From Octopus vulgaris (lineage: Eukaryota), in assembly GCA_951406725.2 (NCBI GenBank), contig OX597833.1:496001-560000 (forward strand): DNA of 64,000 nt, given 5' to 3'. A program made the translations under genes and the position numbers. The notes beneath the pieces are model-generated. The model worked only from the letters and a program-made list of their open reading frames with translations. It did not search any database and was not told where the DNA came from. Numbering within the stretch: the stretch's first letter is position 1; every line of letters starts with the position of its first letter. Below are positions 1-11,407 of the stretch, piece after piece.

Positions 1-145
1 GTTTAACAACCACATGGTTCTGGGTTCAGTCCCACTGCGTGGCACCTTGGGCAAGTGTCTTCTACTATAGCCTTGGGCCGACCAAAGCCTTGTGAGTGGA
101 TTTGGTAGATGGAAACTGAAAGAAGCCTGTCGTATATATGTATAT

Positions 146-565
146 AGGCGCAGGAGTGGCTGTGTGTTAAGTAGCTTGTTTACCAACCACATGGTTCCGG
201 GTTCAGTCCCACTGCGTGGCACCTTGGGCAAGTGTCTTCTACTGCAGCCTCGGGCCGACCAAAGCCTTGTGAGTGGATTTGAGCCTTGTGAGACGGAAAC
301 TGAAAGAAGCCTGTCGTATATATGTATATATATATATATATATATATGCGTGTGTGTGTTTGTGTGTCTGTGTTTGTCCCCCTAGCATTGCTTGACAACC
401 GATGCTGGTGTGTTTATGTCCCCGTTACTTAGCGGTTCGGCAAAAGAGACCGATAGAATAAGTACTGGGCTTACAAAAGAATAAGTCCCAGGATCGAGTT
501 GCTCGATTAAAGGCGGTGCTCCAGCATGGCCGCAGTCAAATGACTGAAACAAGTAAAAGAGTAAA
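146..565 (+). mobile_element. tRNA-derived SINE family A (octopus OR-type-like; about 20 copies in the window)
   Basis: TGGCTGTGTG/GGTTCAGTCCC Pol III-like boxes, ccttgggcaagtg core, internal (TA)(TG) microsatellite, gtaaaaga tail. Further copies at about 11577-11970, 13790-14152, 14503-14905, 16218-16620, 30054-30487, 31001-31443, 31698-32105, 37666-38115, 44797-45288 and 60453-61065. Confidence 0.9.
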
Positions 566-602
566 AGAACAAAAGATACATATATCATTTCCATGAATGA
601 GT

Positions 603-871
603 TCAGTTCTATATTTAAGAGATGAGGAATTATTTACATTATTTACATTAGACAGATATTTGTCCTCATCTTGTTTGTTGTTAACACAACATTTCAGCTG
701 ATATACCCTCCAGCCTTCATCAGGTGTCTTGGGAAATTTCAAACCTGGGTTCTCATTCCTAAGGTATTTTTCGATGTTATTATTATTATTATTATTTATG
801 TAACTGCCTGAAATTGAACTCGGAGTTTTGGGGTTAGTAGCCCGCACTCTTAACCACTACGCCATATGCCC
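603..871 (-). mobile_element. tRNA-headed short element with (AAT)n spacer and hammerhead-containing body; partial copies at 990-1213 (+), 1246-1325 (+), 48778-48960 (-)
   Basis: Head GGGCATATGGCGTAGTGGTTAAG...CTACTAA...GAGTTCAATTTC (Pol III A and B boxes). The body is near-identical among copies. Confidence 0.7.
683..729 (-). ncRNA. Type I hammerhead ribozyme motif (family A)
   Basis: GACAC-CTGATGA-A-GGCTG(loop)CAGCT-GAAA-TG-TT-GTGTT. Confidence 0.65.
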
Positions 872-909
872 TTGGTTTAGACTTTTCCTTGTTGTTGTTG
901 TTGTTGTTG

Positions 910-940
<31 letters not shown>

Positions 941-1283
941 GCCTGGAATCGAACTTGGATTTTTCTTTTTCCAACCGTTGTAATGGATCTTCTCCGAGTT
1001 CGACTCCAGGCAGTGACCTGAATAATAATAATAATAATAATTATAATAATAATAACAACAACATTGTAAAATACCTTAGGAATGAGAACCCAGGTTCGAA
1101 ATTTCTCCAAGACACCTGAAGAAGGCTGGAGTGTTAACAAACAAGATGAGGCCAGATATCCATCAAATATAAATAATGTACATAATTCCTCATCTCTTAA
1201 ATATAGAACTGTAAAGCTAATAATAATAACATCAAATCCGTTTGAACCTTAGGAATGAGAACCCAGGTTTGAAATTTCCCCAA

Positions 1284-1325
1284 GACACCTGATGAAGGCT
1301 TGGAGGGTATATCAGCCGAAACGTA
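1284..1325 (+). ncRNA. Hammerhead motif (family A), homology ends at the predicted cleavage site
   Basis: GACAC-CTGATGA-A-GGCT..AGCC-GAAA-CG-TA followed by unrelated sequence. Confidence 0.6.
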
Positions 1326-1428
1326 AACAAATAAAAAACAAAAGATAAAGATCCCTGTTCCAAAAATTGTTTTAACTGTTTCTTGGAGTTTGGAATCACG
1401 TCAAAACCGAAATGTAATTCTTACTTAC

Positions 1429-1544
1429 GGGCAGCGCAACAATGTCAGCTCTTTTGGCTGCTTCGGCAATCTTGATGGAGGCATTGCGCAGGTTGTCCTC
1501 TTTCGAAGCGGTAACGGCCAGTTGAATGAGAGCGAGTCGTAGTT
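1429..1544 (-). CDS. NIT2: Omega-amidase NIT2 (nitrilase family), coding exon 2; gene continues beyond the left edge
   Basis: Acceptor ttttattttctcag and donor gtaagt. 116 nt, phase 1 to phase 0, encodes (K)LRLALIQLAVTASKEDNLRNASIKIAEAAKRADIVALP, matching the NIT2 N-terminus pattern FRLALIQL...DN...A...I.EAA...IVSLP(E). Not in the ORF track. Confidence 0.88.
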
Positions 1545-1773
1545 CTGAGAAAATAAAACAAAGAAACAGAAACGGTTAAGGTAAGAGAGGAAATGGAAAA
1601 GTCCCAGATCAGGGAATCCCAACGTGGGGCCTTGGAAAATTGTGCCAAGGTGGACTTTTGACTTTCTTCTTTTGGGGTTGACAAAATAAGTAGTAGTCAA
1701 GTACTGGGGTCAATGTAATCAACTAGTCCCCACCGCCATGAGAATCTCAGGCCTTGTGCCAATAATAGAAAGG

Positions 1774-1809
<36 letters not shown>

Positions 1810-2256
1810 TAAGATGGTGAGCTGGCAGAAGGGTTAGCACGCCGGGCGAAATGCGTAGCCGTAATTATCGTCTGCCGCTACGTTCTGAGTTCAAATTCCG
1901 CCGAGGTCGACTTTGCCTTTCATCCTTTCGGGGTCGATTAAATAAGTACCAGTTATGCACTGGGGTCGATATAATCGACTTAATCCGTTTGTCTGTCCTC
2001 TCTGCCTTGGTATTCTGCCTTTCGCTATATTCTGAGTTCAAATTCTGCCAGGGTTGACTTTGCCTTTCTTACTCTTGGGGTCGATTAAATAAGTACTAGT
2101 TTTGCACTGGGGTCAATGTAATCGACTTAATCCCTTCCCCCCAAATTTGAGGCCTTGTGCTTCCTGTAGAAAGGACTATTATTATTATTATTTAAGATGG
2201 TGAGCTGGCAGATTCATTAGCATACCCAGCGACATGCTTAGTGGTATTTCGTCTGC

Positions 2257-2690
2257 TGCTACGTTCAGAGTTCAAATCTCACCAAGGTCGACTTTGCTTT
2301 TCATCCTTTCAGGGTCGATAAATTAAGTACCAGTGAGACACTGGGGTTGATGTAATCGCCTATCCCCTCTGCTATGTTCAGAGTTCAAATTCTGCTGAGG
2401 TCAACTTTGCCTTTCATCCTTCCAGGGTAGATAAATTGAGTACCAGTAAAACACTGGGGTTGATGTAATCGCCTATCCCCTCCGCTATGTTCAGAGTTCA
2501 AATTCTGCTGAGGTCAACTTTGCTTTTCATCCTTTCAGGGTCGATAAATTAAGTACCAGTTAAGCACTGGGGTTGATGTAATCGCCTATCCCCTCCGCTA
2601 TGTTCAGAGTTCAAATTCTGCTGAGGTCGACTTTGCCTTTCATCCTTCCAGGGTCGATAAATTGAGTACCAGTAAAACACTGGGGTTCAA
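2257..2690 (+). repeat. Four tandem units of about 113 bp from the SINE B core
   Basis: gctatgttcagagttcaaattc...cactggggttgatgtaatcgcctatcccc repeated. Confidence 0.8.
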
Positions 2691-4316
2691 TGTACTACTA
2701 GCTCCCTCATAGTATGGTGGACTTATTTGAAAGGGCTGAAGACAGACACTTTCCTCTTTGGCCAGGCCCTCATCAACCTTTTCAAGTTTCCCTTGAAAAG
2801 GGAATTGAGGATGGAGAGGGAAGTTTGTTGAAAGGTGGGTGAATATTGGAAGAAGGGCCAGTGTGAAAGGACCAATTCTGAGCATGCACCTGTAAAAAGG
2901 GAATTAAAGAAGGGCTCTTGCCCTGTTGATCAGGCACCCGTGACTTTTGTGTGTTTCTCCATGAGGACCTTAAAGCGCCACCCCTATTGGGAGTTTTAAT
3001 TTGTAATGGTCATATATATTGTTTATATGCCGTAAAACCCATTGTATTGTCCTGTTTTTGTCTTTTGGGTTGTTGCATGTCATTTAGTGTTTGTTTTATG
3101 CGAGCCCTTGTGGCTAATAAAAGAATTGATTATTATTATTTCTATTTACAATGGTGAGCATTTAAATAATGAGGGAGATAAATTGAATATTAATTTAATT
3201 AATATCAATTTAAAACTAGTAGCCCAGCATATAAAAAATCTGAAAAATCACAAAATATTCCAAGACATGTGTATATTTAGGGCTAAAAATCCACAAGGTG
3301 GATAGCTATATGCTAGAAGAAGATCACATACGATCTAACTACAAAGAAAGAATGTTCTTCGGTGTTTGCTGAATTTTCTCTGGAGAACATTCTTTCTTTG
3401 TATTTAGATCGTATGTGATCTTCTTCTAGCATATGGCTATCCACCTTGTGGATTTTTTAGCCCTAAATATATAAAATGGTGAGCAGGTAGAACTGTGGAG
3501 TGTGATGGGAAACCAAATTGCTGTATTTCTTCTGAGTTTCAATTTTGCTGAGGTTACCTTTGTCTTTCATTCCTCAGGAGCCAATAAAATAGAGTAAGAG
3601 TCAAAAGTCAATGTAATCAACTAAACCGCCCCACGCCCATCCCACAAAAATTGCTGGCCTTGCGCCAGAAATTTGGAACCCTTAATTTCTATTATTATAG
3701 CTGTTGCCAGTGCCGCCCCGACTGGCCTCTGTGCCGGTGGCACGTAAAATGCACCATCCGTTCGTGGCCGTTGCCAGCCTAGCCTGGCCCTTGTGCCGGT
3801 GGCACATAAAAAGCACCATCCGATCGTGGCCGTTTGCCAGACTCTCCTGGCACCTGTGCGGGTGGCACGTAAAAAGCACCCACTATACTCGTGGAGTGGT
3901 TGGTGTTAGGAAGGGCATCCAGCTGTAGAAACATTGCCAGACCATATTGGAGCCTGGTGCAGCCTTCTGGCTTCCCAGACCCCAGTTGACCCGTCCAACC
4001 CATGCCAGCATGGAAAGCGGACGCTAAACGATGATAATGATTGATTGTTACTGGAATCGGCAGAGAAAATGTTTGATTGCATTTCTTCCAGCGTTTGATG
4101 TGCCACCATTCTTTTATTCTTTTACTTGTTTCAGTCATTTGACTGCGGCCATGCTGGAGCACCACCTTTAGTCGAACAAATCGACCACAGGACTTATTCT
4201 TTGTAAGCCTAGTACTTATTCTATCAGACTCTTTCGCTGAACTGCCAAGTTACAGGGATGTAAATACACCAACATCGGTTGTCAAGTGATAGTGGTGGGA
4301 CAAACACAGACACACA

Positions 4317-4360
<44 letters not shown>

Positions 4361-4399
4361 CAACAGGTTTCTTTCAGTTTCTGTCTATCAAATCCACTC

Positions 4400-5710
4400 T
4401 ATTTTGGCAGAGTTTCTACAGCTGGATGCCCTTCCTAATGCCAACCACTCCGAGAGTGTAGTGGGTGTTTTTACGTGCCACCGGCACGAGGGCCAGTCTG
4501 GCGATGGCCATGCTTGAATTGGTGTTTTTTACATGCCACATGCACAGGAGTCAGTCCAGTGGCACTGGCAACAACCTCGCTCAACCGTTTTTTCACGTGC
4601 CAGTAAGGCGACGCTGGTAATGATCACGCTCAAATGATGCTTTTTACATGCCACCGGCATGGAAGCCAGACAGCCGCTCTGGCAGAGACCCCACTCCACT
4701 GGCACGGGTGCCAGTCATCGAATTTGGTTCAATTTCGATTTCACTTGCCCCAACAGGTCTTTGCAAGCAGAGTTTAGTGTCCAATGAAGGGAGGTTGGCA
4801 TGGGTGCCTGTCATCGATTTCGAATTCAATTTCGATTTCACTTGCCTCAATAGGTCTTCGCAAGCAGAGTTTTGAGGTCCAAAGAAGGAAAGGTATGCAT
4901 AAGTGGGCTGGCTATCATCCCTGGTAAATGCCATGGGTTATGGTCTCACTTGTCCTGCCTGGTCTTTTCATGCACAGCATATTTCCAAAAGTCTCGGTCA
5001 CTAGTCATTGCCTCGGTGAGGCCTAATGTTCGAAGGTTGTGCTTCACCACCTCATCCCAGGTTTTCCTGGGTCTACCTCTTCCACAGGTTCCCTCAACCG
5101 CTAGGGTGTGGCACTTTTTCACACAGCTACCCTCATCCATTCTTGCCACATGACCATACCAGTGCAGTCGTCTCTCTTGCACACATCTGATGCTTCTTAG
5201 GTCCAACTTTTCTCTCAAGGTACTTACACTCTGTCGAGTATGCACACTGACATTACACACCCATCGGATCATACTGGCTTCATTCCTTGCGAGCTTACGC
5301 ATATCCTCAGCAGTCATGGCCCAAGTTTCACTGCCATGTAGCATGGCTGTTCGTACACATGCACCGTAGTCTGCCTTTTACTCTGAGCAAGAGGCCCTTT
5401 GTCACCAGCAGAGGTAAGAGCTCTCTGAACTTTGCCCAGGCTATTATTATTCTAGCAGCTACACTTTCAGCACACCCACTCCCGCTACTGACTTAGTCAC
5501 CTAGGTAACGGAAGCTATCAATAATTTCTAGTTTTTCTTCCTGGAATGTGGCGGAAGTTGTTCTCTGTACATTTTCAGCGTTTATTGCTCCTGAGCATCT
5601 GCCACATACAAAAACTGTCTTCCTAGTTAGACTTCCTTTGACAATGCTGCACCCCTTATGTGTCCATAGCTTACACTGGGTACATCTTGTAGAGTTTCTA
5701 CCTATGTCTT
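4400..5710 (-). mobile_element. RTE-clade LINE 3' fragment with repetitive 3' UTR
   Basis: LHGSETW...RRLHWYGHVARM...GRGRPRKTW C-terminal signature. The same 3' tail ending in (GAT)n recurs at about 3700-4040, 10525-10870, 12350-12612, 15395-15750, 17105-17243, 18940-19125, 20275-20595 and 21605-21812. Confidence 0.85.
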
Positions 5711-6278
5711 TTCCTAATATTTTTTTTTATCTAGTTTCAGCTCAGAGCTGTGGCCATGCTGATGCACCGCCGTTTAAAGTACAACAGGGGTCGCCACCCC
5801 CCCACCCCCTGCCAGAGCCTCATGGTGCTTTTAGGTGTTTTCGCTCAATAAACACACAGAACGCCCGGTCTGGGAATCGAAACCGTGATCCTCCGACCGC
5901 GGGTCCGCTGCCCTAACCACTGGGCCATTGTGCCTTCATAAAAGGACAAAAGGCAAATTCGACCTCGGCAAAATTTGAACTCAGAACGTAACGATGGATG
6001 ATATAACGCTAAGCATTTCGCTCAGTGTGCTATTGACTCTGCCAGCTCTCCACCTATATGTATATATATACTCTTTTACATGTTTCAGTAATTTGACTGT
6101 GGCCATGCTGGAGCATCACCTTTAGTCGAAGAAACTGACCCCAGGACTTAATCTTTGTATAAGCCTAGTACTTATTCTATTGGTCTCTCGCCGAACTGCT
6201 AAGTTTCAGGGACATAAACACACCAACATCGTTTGTCAAGCGATTGTGGGGGGACAAACATAGACGCAAAGACACCCA

Positions 6279-6344
<66 letters not shown>

Positions 6345-6674
6345 TATACAAGCTTTTTTCCGTTTCCGTTTACCAAATCCGCGCACACAGTGAGACTGGA
6401 CACGGTCACCTTGGGCAAGTGACCAAAAGCCTCGAAAGTGCATTTGAACCGGTGTTGGTTTCTTAAGTCCTCCGTAACTTAGCGGTTCGGCCAAAGAAAC
6501 CGATAGAACAAATACTAGGCTTACAAAGAATAAGTCCTGGGGTCGATTTGCTCGACTATGGGCGGTGCTCCAGCATGGCCACAGTCAAATGAATGAAACA
6601 AGAAAAAGAGTAAAAGAGATATACTCGCATTTTAAGCTCTATTTTTTCCTGTTTATACCAACACACACACACAC

Positions 6675-6743
<69 letters not shown>

Positions 6744-7708
6744 GTATGTATATATATGTCTGTGTGTTTGTGAACACGTCCGTAAACTGACCTCTGATAC
6801 AAAACAAAGAACCACAGACAGAATATATTCTGGACTATCCGCATATCTACAAAAACTACAAAGTGCTTTATTGTTTCCAAAACATACTATAAAACCGTAA
6901 TTAAGAGGGTTTATTTAATTTAGTTTTCTTCCTAATCACATGCTTTCTCGTTCGCTCATAAAATATTAGTTTACACAACACTTCGTGTGGAATGCCCGAA
7001 TATCTACAAAATATTCTAAACTGTGTTGTTTTAGGTCTGTATAATATACCGTAAAACAGTAATTAACTCGGCTTAATTAATTTTGCAGGTGTCTTCAATG
7101 TAGAACGATGACTGGGTGAAGCACGTAGCATGCCGTTTCTCTGTGGTCCTTTTTCGGTGTGTCCCTGGAGGTCGTTGCTTATGTACACGCCTGAAAACTT
7201 AGCCATATACACATTATACACACACACACGGGAATATTATTGTATTGTTTGTCTTGTACTCTGTTTCCTTGTTTGATTTTATGTTTCGTTTCTCGTTGTG
7301 TTCTACTTTTATTTGTGGTGTCCTGTACTCATATATATATATATGCATGTATATATACATATAGATGTAGGTACGTACATATATGTATGTATGTATGTAT
7401 GCATATGTTTTATTTGTTAAATTGTTATTACACATATATATATATATATATATATTACCATGTATGTATATATCAAATGGGGTGATTATAATCAAAATAA
7501 GCAACAAGGATATCCAAAGGTAGTGTAGTACAATCGTTTCATGCTCCTTCATTTAGTTAAACAATGTAAGTATTACATCAGTTTTAAAATGTAGAGCACT
7601 CTTCAACCACATATGTATATATACATATATATATACATATATAAGAAGATGAATGAATTATCCTACTATGGATAATTCGGTTAACCGATACCTGGATAGC
7701 AAATTCAC

Positions 7709-7747
<39 letters not shown>

Positions 7748-8160
7748 AATATATACTGTACAGAGAGTGCGTTCACGGGTAACATGAAACACAAATGCGG
7801 ATCTTGGGGCGATTTGAACTCTGAAATATAATGGGTAAAATTAAGGGTGTATAGACTCGCTATAGAGGTTAAAGGAACGTTGATGAAGATAGGGAAAAAT
7901 TAAATAATATATATTAATCAGCTAGATTGTCTATAATTATAAATTCACGAGAGATAAATACGAGGTGTCGGTATGGATAAAAACAAGGGTTTGTGTTATG
8001 TATTTGTAAAAGGTGTACAAGGAAGGAAATTACATGAAATTAAATAAAATATGCGAAATATGTTGGGATTAATGATGAGATAGGAAGAGAAATGAGTTTA
8101 TGCTTTAAAAAATATGTATTGTAATATTTAAAATGGTAAAAATTTGGAACCGAAACATAC

Positions 8161-8167
8161 TGGACAT
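8161..8167 (-). CDS. NIT2: NIT2 first coding exon (ATG TCC A)
   Basis: Minus strand reads gagaaatATGTCCA|gtatgt. Phase 1 joins exon 2 to give MSKLRLALIQL. Lies in unique sequence with several CpGs. Confidence 0.75.
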
Positions 8168-8431
8168 ATTTCTCGCGGGAAAACGTAAAAGCCGACCCGG
8201 CAGGAATTGCAGATAGAAAAACCAAAACAGACTGGAACGAATAATAGAATAGCAGAATTGCAGAGAGATTATGAAAACAAAAAAACGAACAATTAGGAAT
8301 AGCCGTTCTTCGTTTTTGATATTAATTTCATTAATAGGCGTCTCTAACGAATAGCGTCGGAAATTGCTTTGTGCTCCAAAAATTGTAATTATTTTTTTCA
8401 GATGTCTAAGTTTCGAAGATTACAAATATTT

Positions 8432-8856
8432 GGCGATCTTTCGTCTCTAGTAGACCTTTCCGTCGATTTCCGTAAAAAAATTTTTTTTTTTACATATGGG
8501 CTTGCGGGAACTTTTGAAGTAATATACATACATATACACATACACCGAGTAAAAAATTTCAGTTATCTCTTTCTTTCACACATTACTCTGTCTCTTCACA
8601 CACACTAACAGAAGCACTTCACTTACACAACATACTGTCCGTCTCCCACACCCCATCAAACACACACACACACACACATGTACATCAATGCTTTCCATGC
8701 ACGGTAACTTCAAAAGAACTTCCCTCGTCATACAATCGCTTTCTCTTAGTCTCTTTCGCTCTCATTACTTCAAAAGTTCCCGCAAGCCCATATGTAAAAA
8801 AAAAAATTTTTTTTAGAGAAATCGACGGAAACGTCTACTAGAGACGAAAGATTGCC
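8432..8856. mobile_element. Second copy of the same MITE, opposite orientation, about 270 bp upstream of the NIT2 ATG
   Basis: Same TIR of about 90 bp and same internal sequence as 23508-23933; TSD degenerate. Confidence 0.85.
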
Positions 8857-9179
8857 AAAAATATATTTTTTTAAAATTCTTCTAACTAATTCAAATTTTC
8901 ACCAGAATTTTTTTTATTTGTGAAAAAAAAATTTTTTTTTTAAATCCTATTCTTTTTCTGGAGTGGGAAAAGAAACTTTTGCCCAGTTCCTAGTTGTCCG
9001 TAATTTTTCAGTTTTGATTTATTGTTAAAAATTTGAGTATGCTTTGTTTTAGGCAAAAATATGTATAACATATACCTGGAACATTTGAACATTTTTTCAA
9101 TAAAAATGGTCAAAACTGAAAAATTAAAGAAAAGGTCCAGAATTATCGCACCTCTACTACAACAAATATACATACACAC

Positions 9180-9229
<50 letters not shown>

Positions 9230-10098
9230 ATATGCATATATATAATTTATGTCCAGTTAAAAGAAGAAAATTAAAATATAATTATAATTATAATTAAGGG
9301 CATCTAAGAGATACTGCCATGCTTGAAATAGCAGCCAAAACTTGACTCTAAAACCACATTAAATGTTCATACAGCACCAGGAGAGAAGACAAAGAGACAA
9401 AATAAACTAGCAAAAAAATTTACTGGATAATTCTAGATCCCAGATTTCTGGCTGTGCATGAGGAATGCTCTGCCTTCATCAGTGGAATATACTCAGATAG
9501 CACATAAATACAAATATATATATATATACAACATACGAATACTTACATATATGAATGTATACATTTCTTATGCGGAGCCAGAAATCCGGGATCTGGAATT
9601 ATCCAGTAATTTTTTGCTAGTTTATTTTGTCTCTTTGTCTTCTCTTCCGGTGCTGTATGAACATTTAATGTGGTTTTGGAGTCAAGTTTTGACTGCTATT
9701 TCCAGCATTGTGGTGTCTTTTAGATACCCTAAATTATAATTTTATATATATATATATATACATATGAAAAAACTGACACTCTCTCAGTTATGACGACGAG
9801 GGTTCCAGTTGATCCGATCAACAGAACAGCCTGCTCATGAAATTAACGTTCAAGTGGCTGAGCACTCCACAGACACGTGTACCCCTTAATGTAGTTCTCA
9901 GGGAGATTCAGCATGACACAGAGTGTGACAAGGCTGGCCCTTTGAAATATGGGTACAACTCATTTTTTCCAGCTGACTGGACTGAAGCAAAGTGAAGTAA
10001 AGTGTCTTACTCAAGGACACAACGCATCACCAGGAATTGAACTCACAACCTTACAATCATGAGCCGATTACCCAAACCACTAACCCATGCACCTTCAC

Positions 10099-10129
<31 letters not shown>

Positions 10130-10130
<1 letters not shown>

Positions 10131-10468
10131 AAGCTTCATGGCTCAGTGGTTAGAGCGTTGAGCTTATGACCGCAAGGTTGTGAGTTCGATTCCCAGACCG
10201 GGCTGCATGTTGTGTTCTTGAGCAAGACACTTTATTTCATGTTGCTTCCAGTTAACTCAGCTGTAGAAATGAGCAGCGACGTCACAGGGGCCAAGCTGTA
10301 TCGGCCCCTTTGCCTTTCTTTTGGATAGCATCAGTGGTGTGGAGAAGGGAGGCTGGTATGCATGGGTGACTGCTGGTCTTCCATAAACAACCTCGCCTGG
10401 AATTGTGTCTGGGAGGGTAACTTTCTAGGTGTAATCCCGTGGTCTGTGTCGTGACCGAAGGGGGTCTC
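10130..10468 (+). mobile_element. tRNA-derived SINE with V-domain-like core; related copies at 9960-10097 (-) and 29665-29800 (+)
   Basis: TGGCTCAGTGG, GAGTTCGATTCC, gtgttcttgagcaagacacttta. Confidence 0.75.
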
Positions 10469-10477
10469 ATATATATG

Positions 10478-10513
<36 letters not shown>

Positions 10514-11147
10514 TAGATAGATAGATCATCATCATCATCGTTTAACGTCCGTTCTCCATGCTAGCATGGGTTGGACGGTTCGACCGGGGTTCTGGGAAGC
10601 CAGAAGGCTGCCCCAGGCTCCAGTCTTATCTGGCAATGTTTCTACAGCTGGATGCCCTTCCTAACGCCAACCACTCCGTGAGTGTAGTGGGTGCTTTTTA
10701 CGTGCCACCTGCACAGGTGCCAGGCGAGGCTGGCAACGGCCACGGTCGGATTGGTGTATTTTATGTGCCACCGGCACGGAAGCCAGTCGAGGCGGCGCTG
10801 GCATCGGCCACGAGTCGGATAGTGCTTTTTACGTACCACCAGACCAGGGATCCTGGCTGGTTCAATTCGATTTATATATATAGTATTACCTTTGTGTTTC
10901 TACTCTCTGTGTGTACATAGATAGATAGTGAGGGAGATGAAGATAAAGAAGAAAAAGATATACACATATATTTTATATATATGCATATTTATATATACAT
11001 ATATCTATGAACATTATGGATACATTCAGACACGCACATACACACATATACATATATAGACAATCATACATACACACACACACACACATATATATATATA
11101 CATATATACATACACACACACACATATATATATATATACATATATAC

Positions 11148-11186
<39 letters not shown>

Positions 11187-11288
11187 TATACCTACATGTA
11201 CAGATATATACATACATACATAGCTGTATGTATATGCAAGTTGTAATCTTTTTGAAAAATATTAAAAATGTCCATTTGTTCGACTTAC

Positions 11289-11407
11289 TTGGTTTCGTAG
11301 CCATCCTCCTCAAAAGATAATCTGTAGAGATTAGCAGTACTTTCTGTCTGGACTGTAAACCCTGCCACGCCCTCCCTCACCAAACTCTGAAAGTCACCCT
11401 CATTAAA
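11289..11407 (-). CDS. Candidate alternative NIT2 first coding exon (MATKP from ATG 11304; upstream in-frame ATG 11403 blocked by TGA 11377-11379)
   Basis: Perfect donor CAA|gtaagt, AGGATGG start context, phase 1 compatible with NIT2 exon 2 (MATKPK-LRLALIQL). Acceptor ttttgagttcag with a CTAAT branch-like motif at 11425-11429. Confidence 0.5.

Noticed and set aside
92-594. Recurrent ORFs such as MSSNARGTNTDTQ and [12 protein letters not shown] throughout the track
   Set aside because: They are translations of SINE family A copies, not a gene family.
805-871. Possible tRNA gene (also at 10135, 24320 and 52650)
   Set aside because: A and B boxes are present but acceptor stems do not close and each continues into a repeat body; these are SINE heads.
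8402-8608. Plus-strand ATG after ttttcag (MSKFRRLQI), possible divergent gene
   Set aside because: It runs into a MITE after 10 codons and no continuation is found after the MITE.
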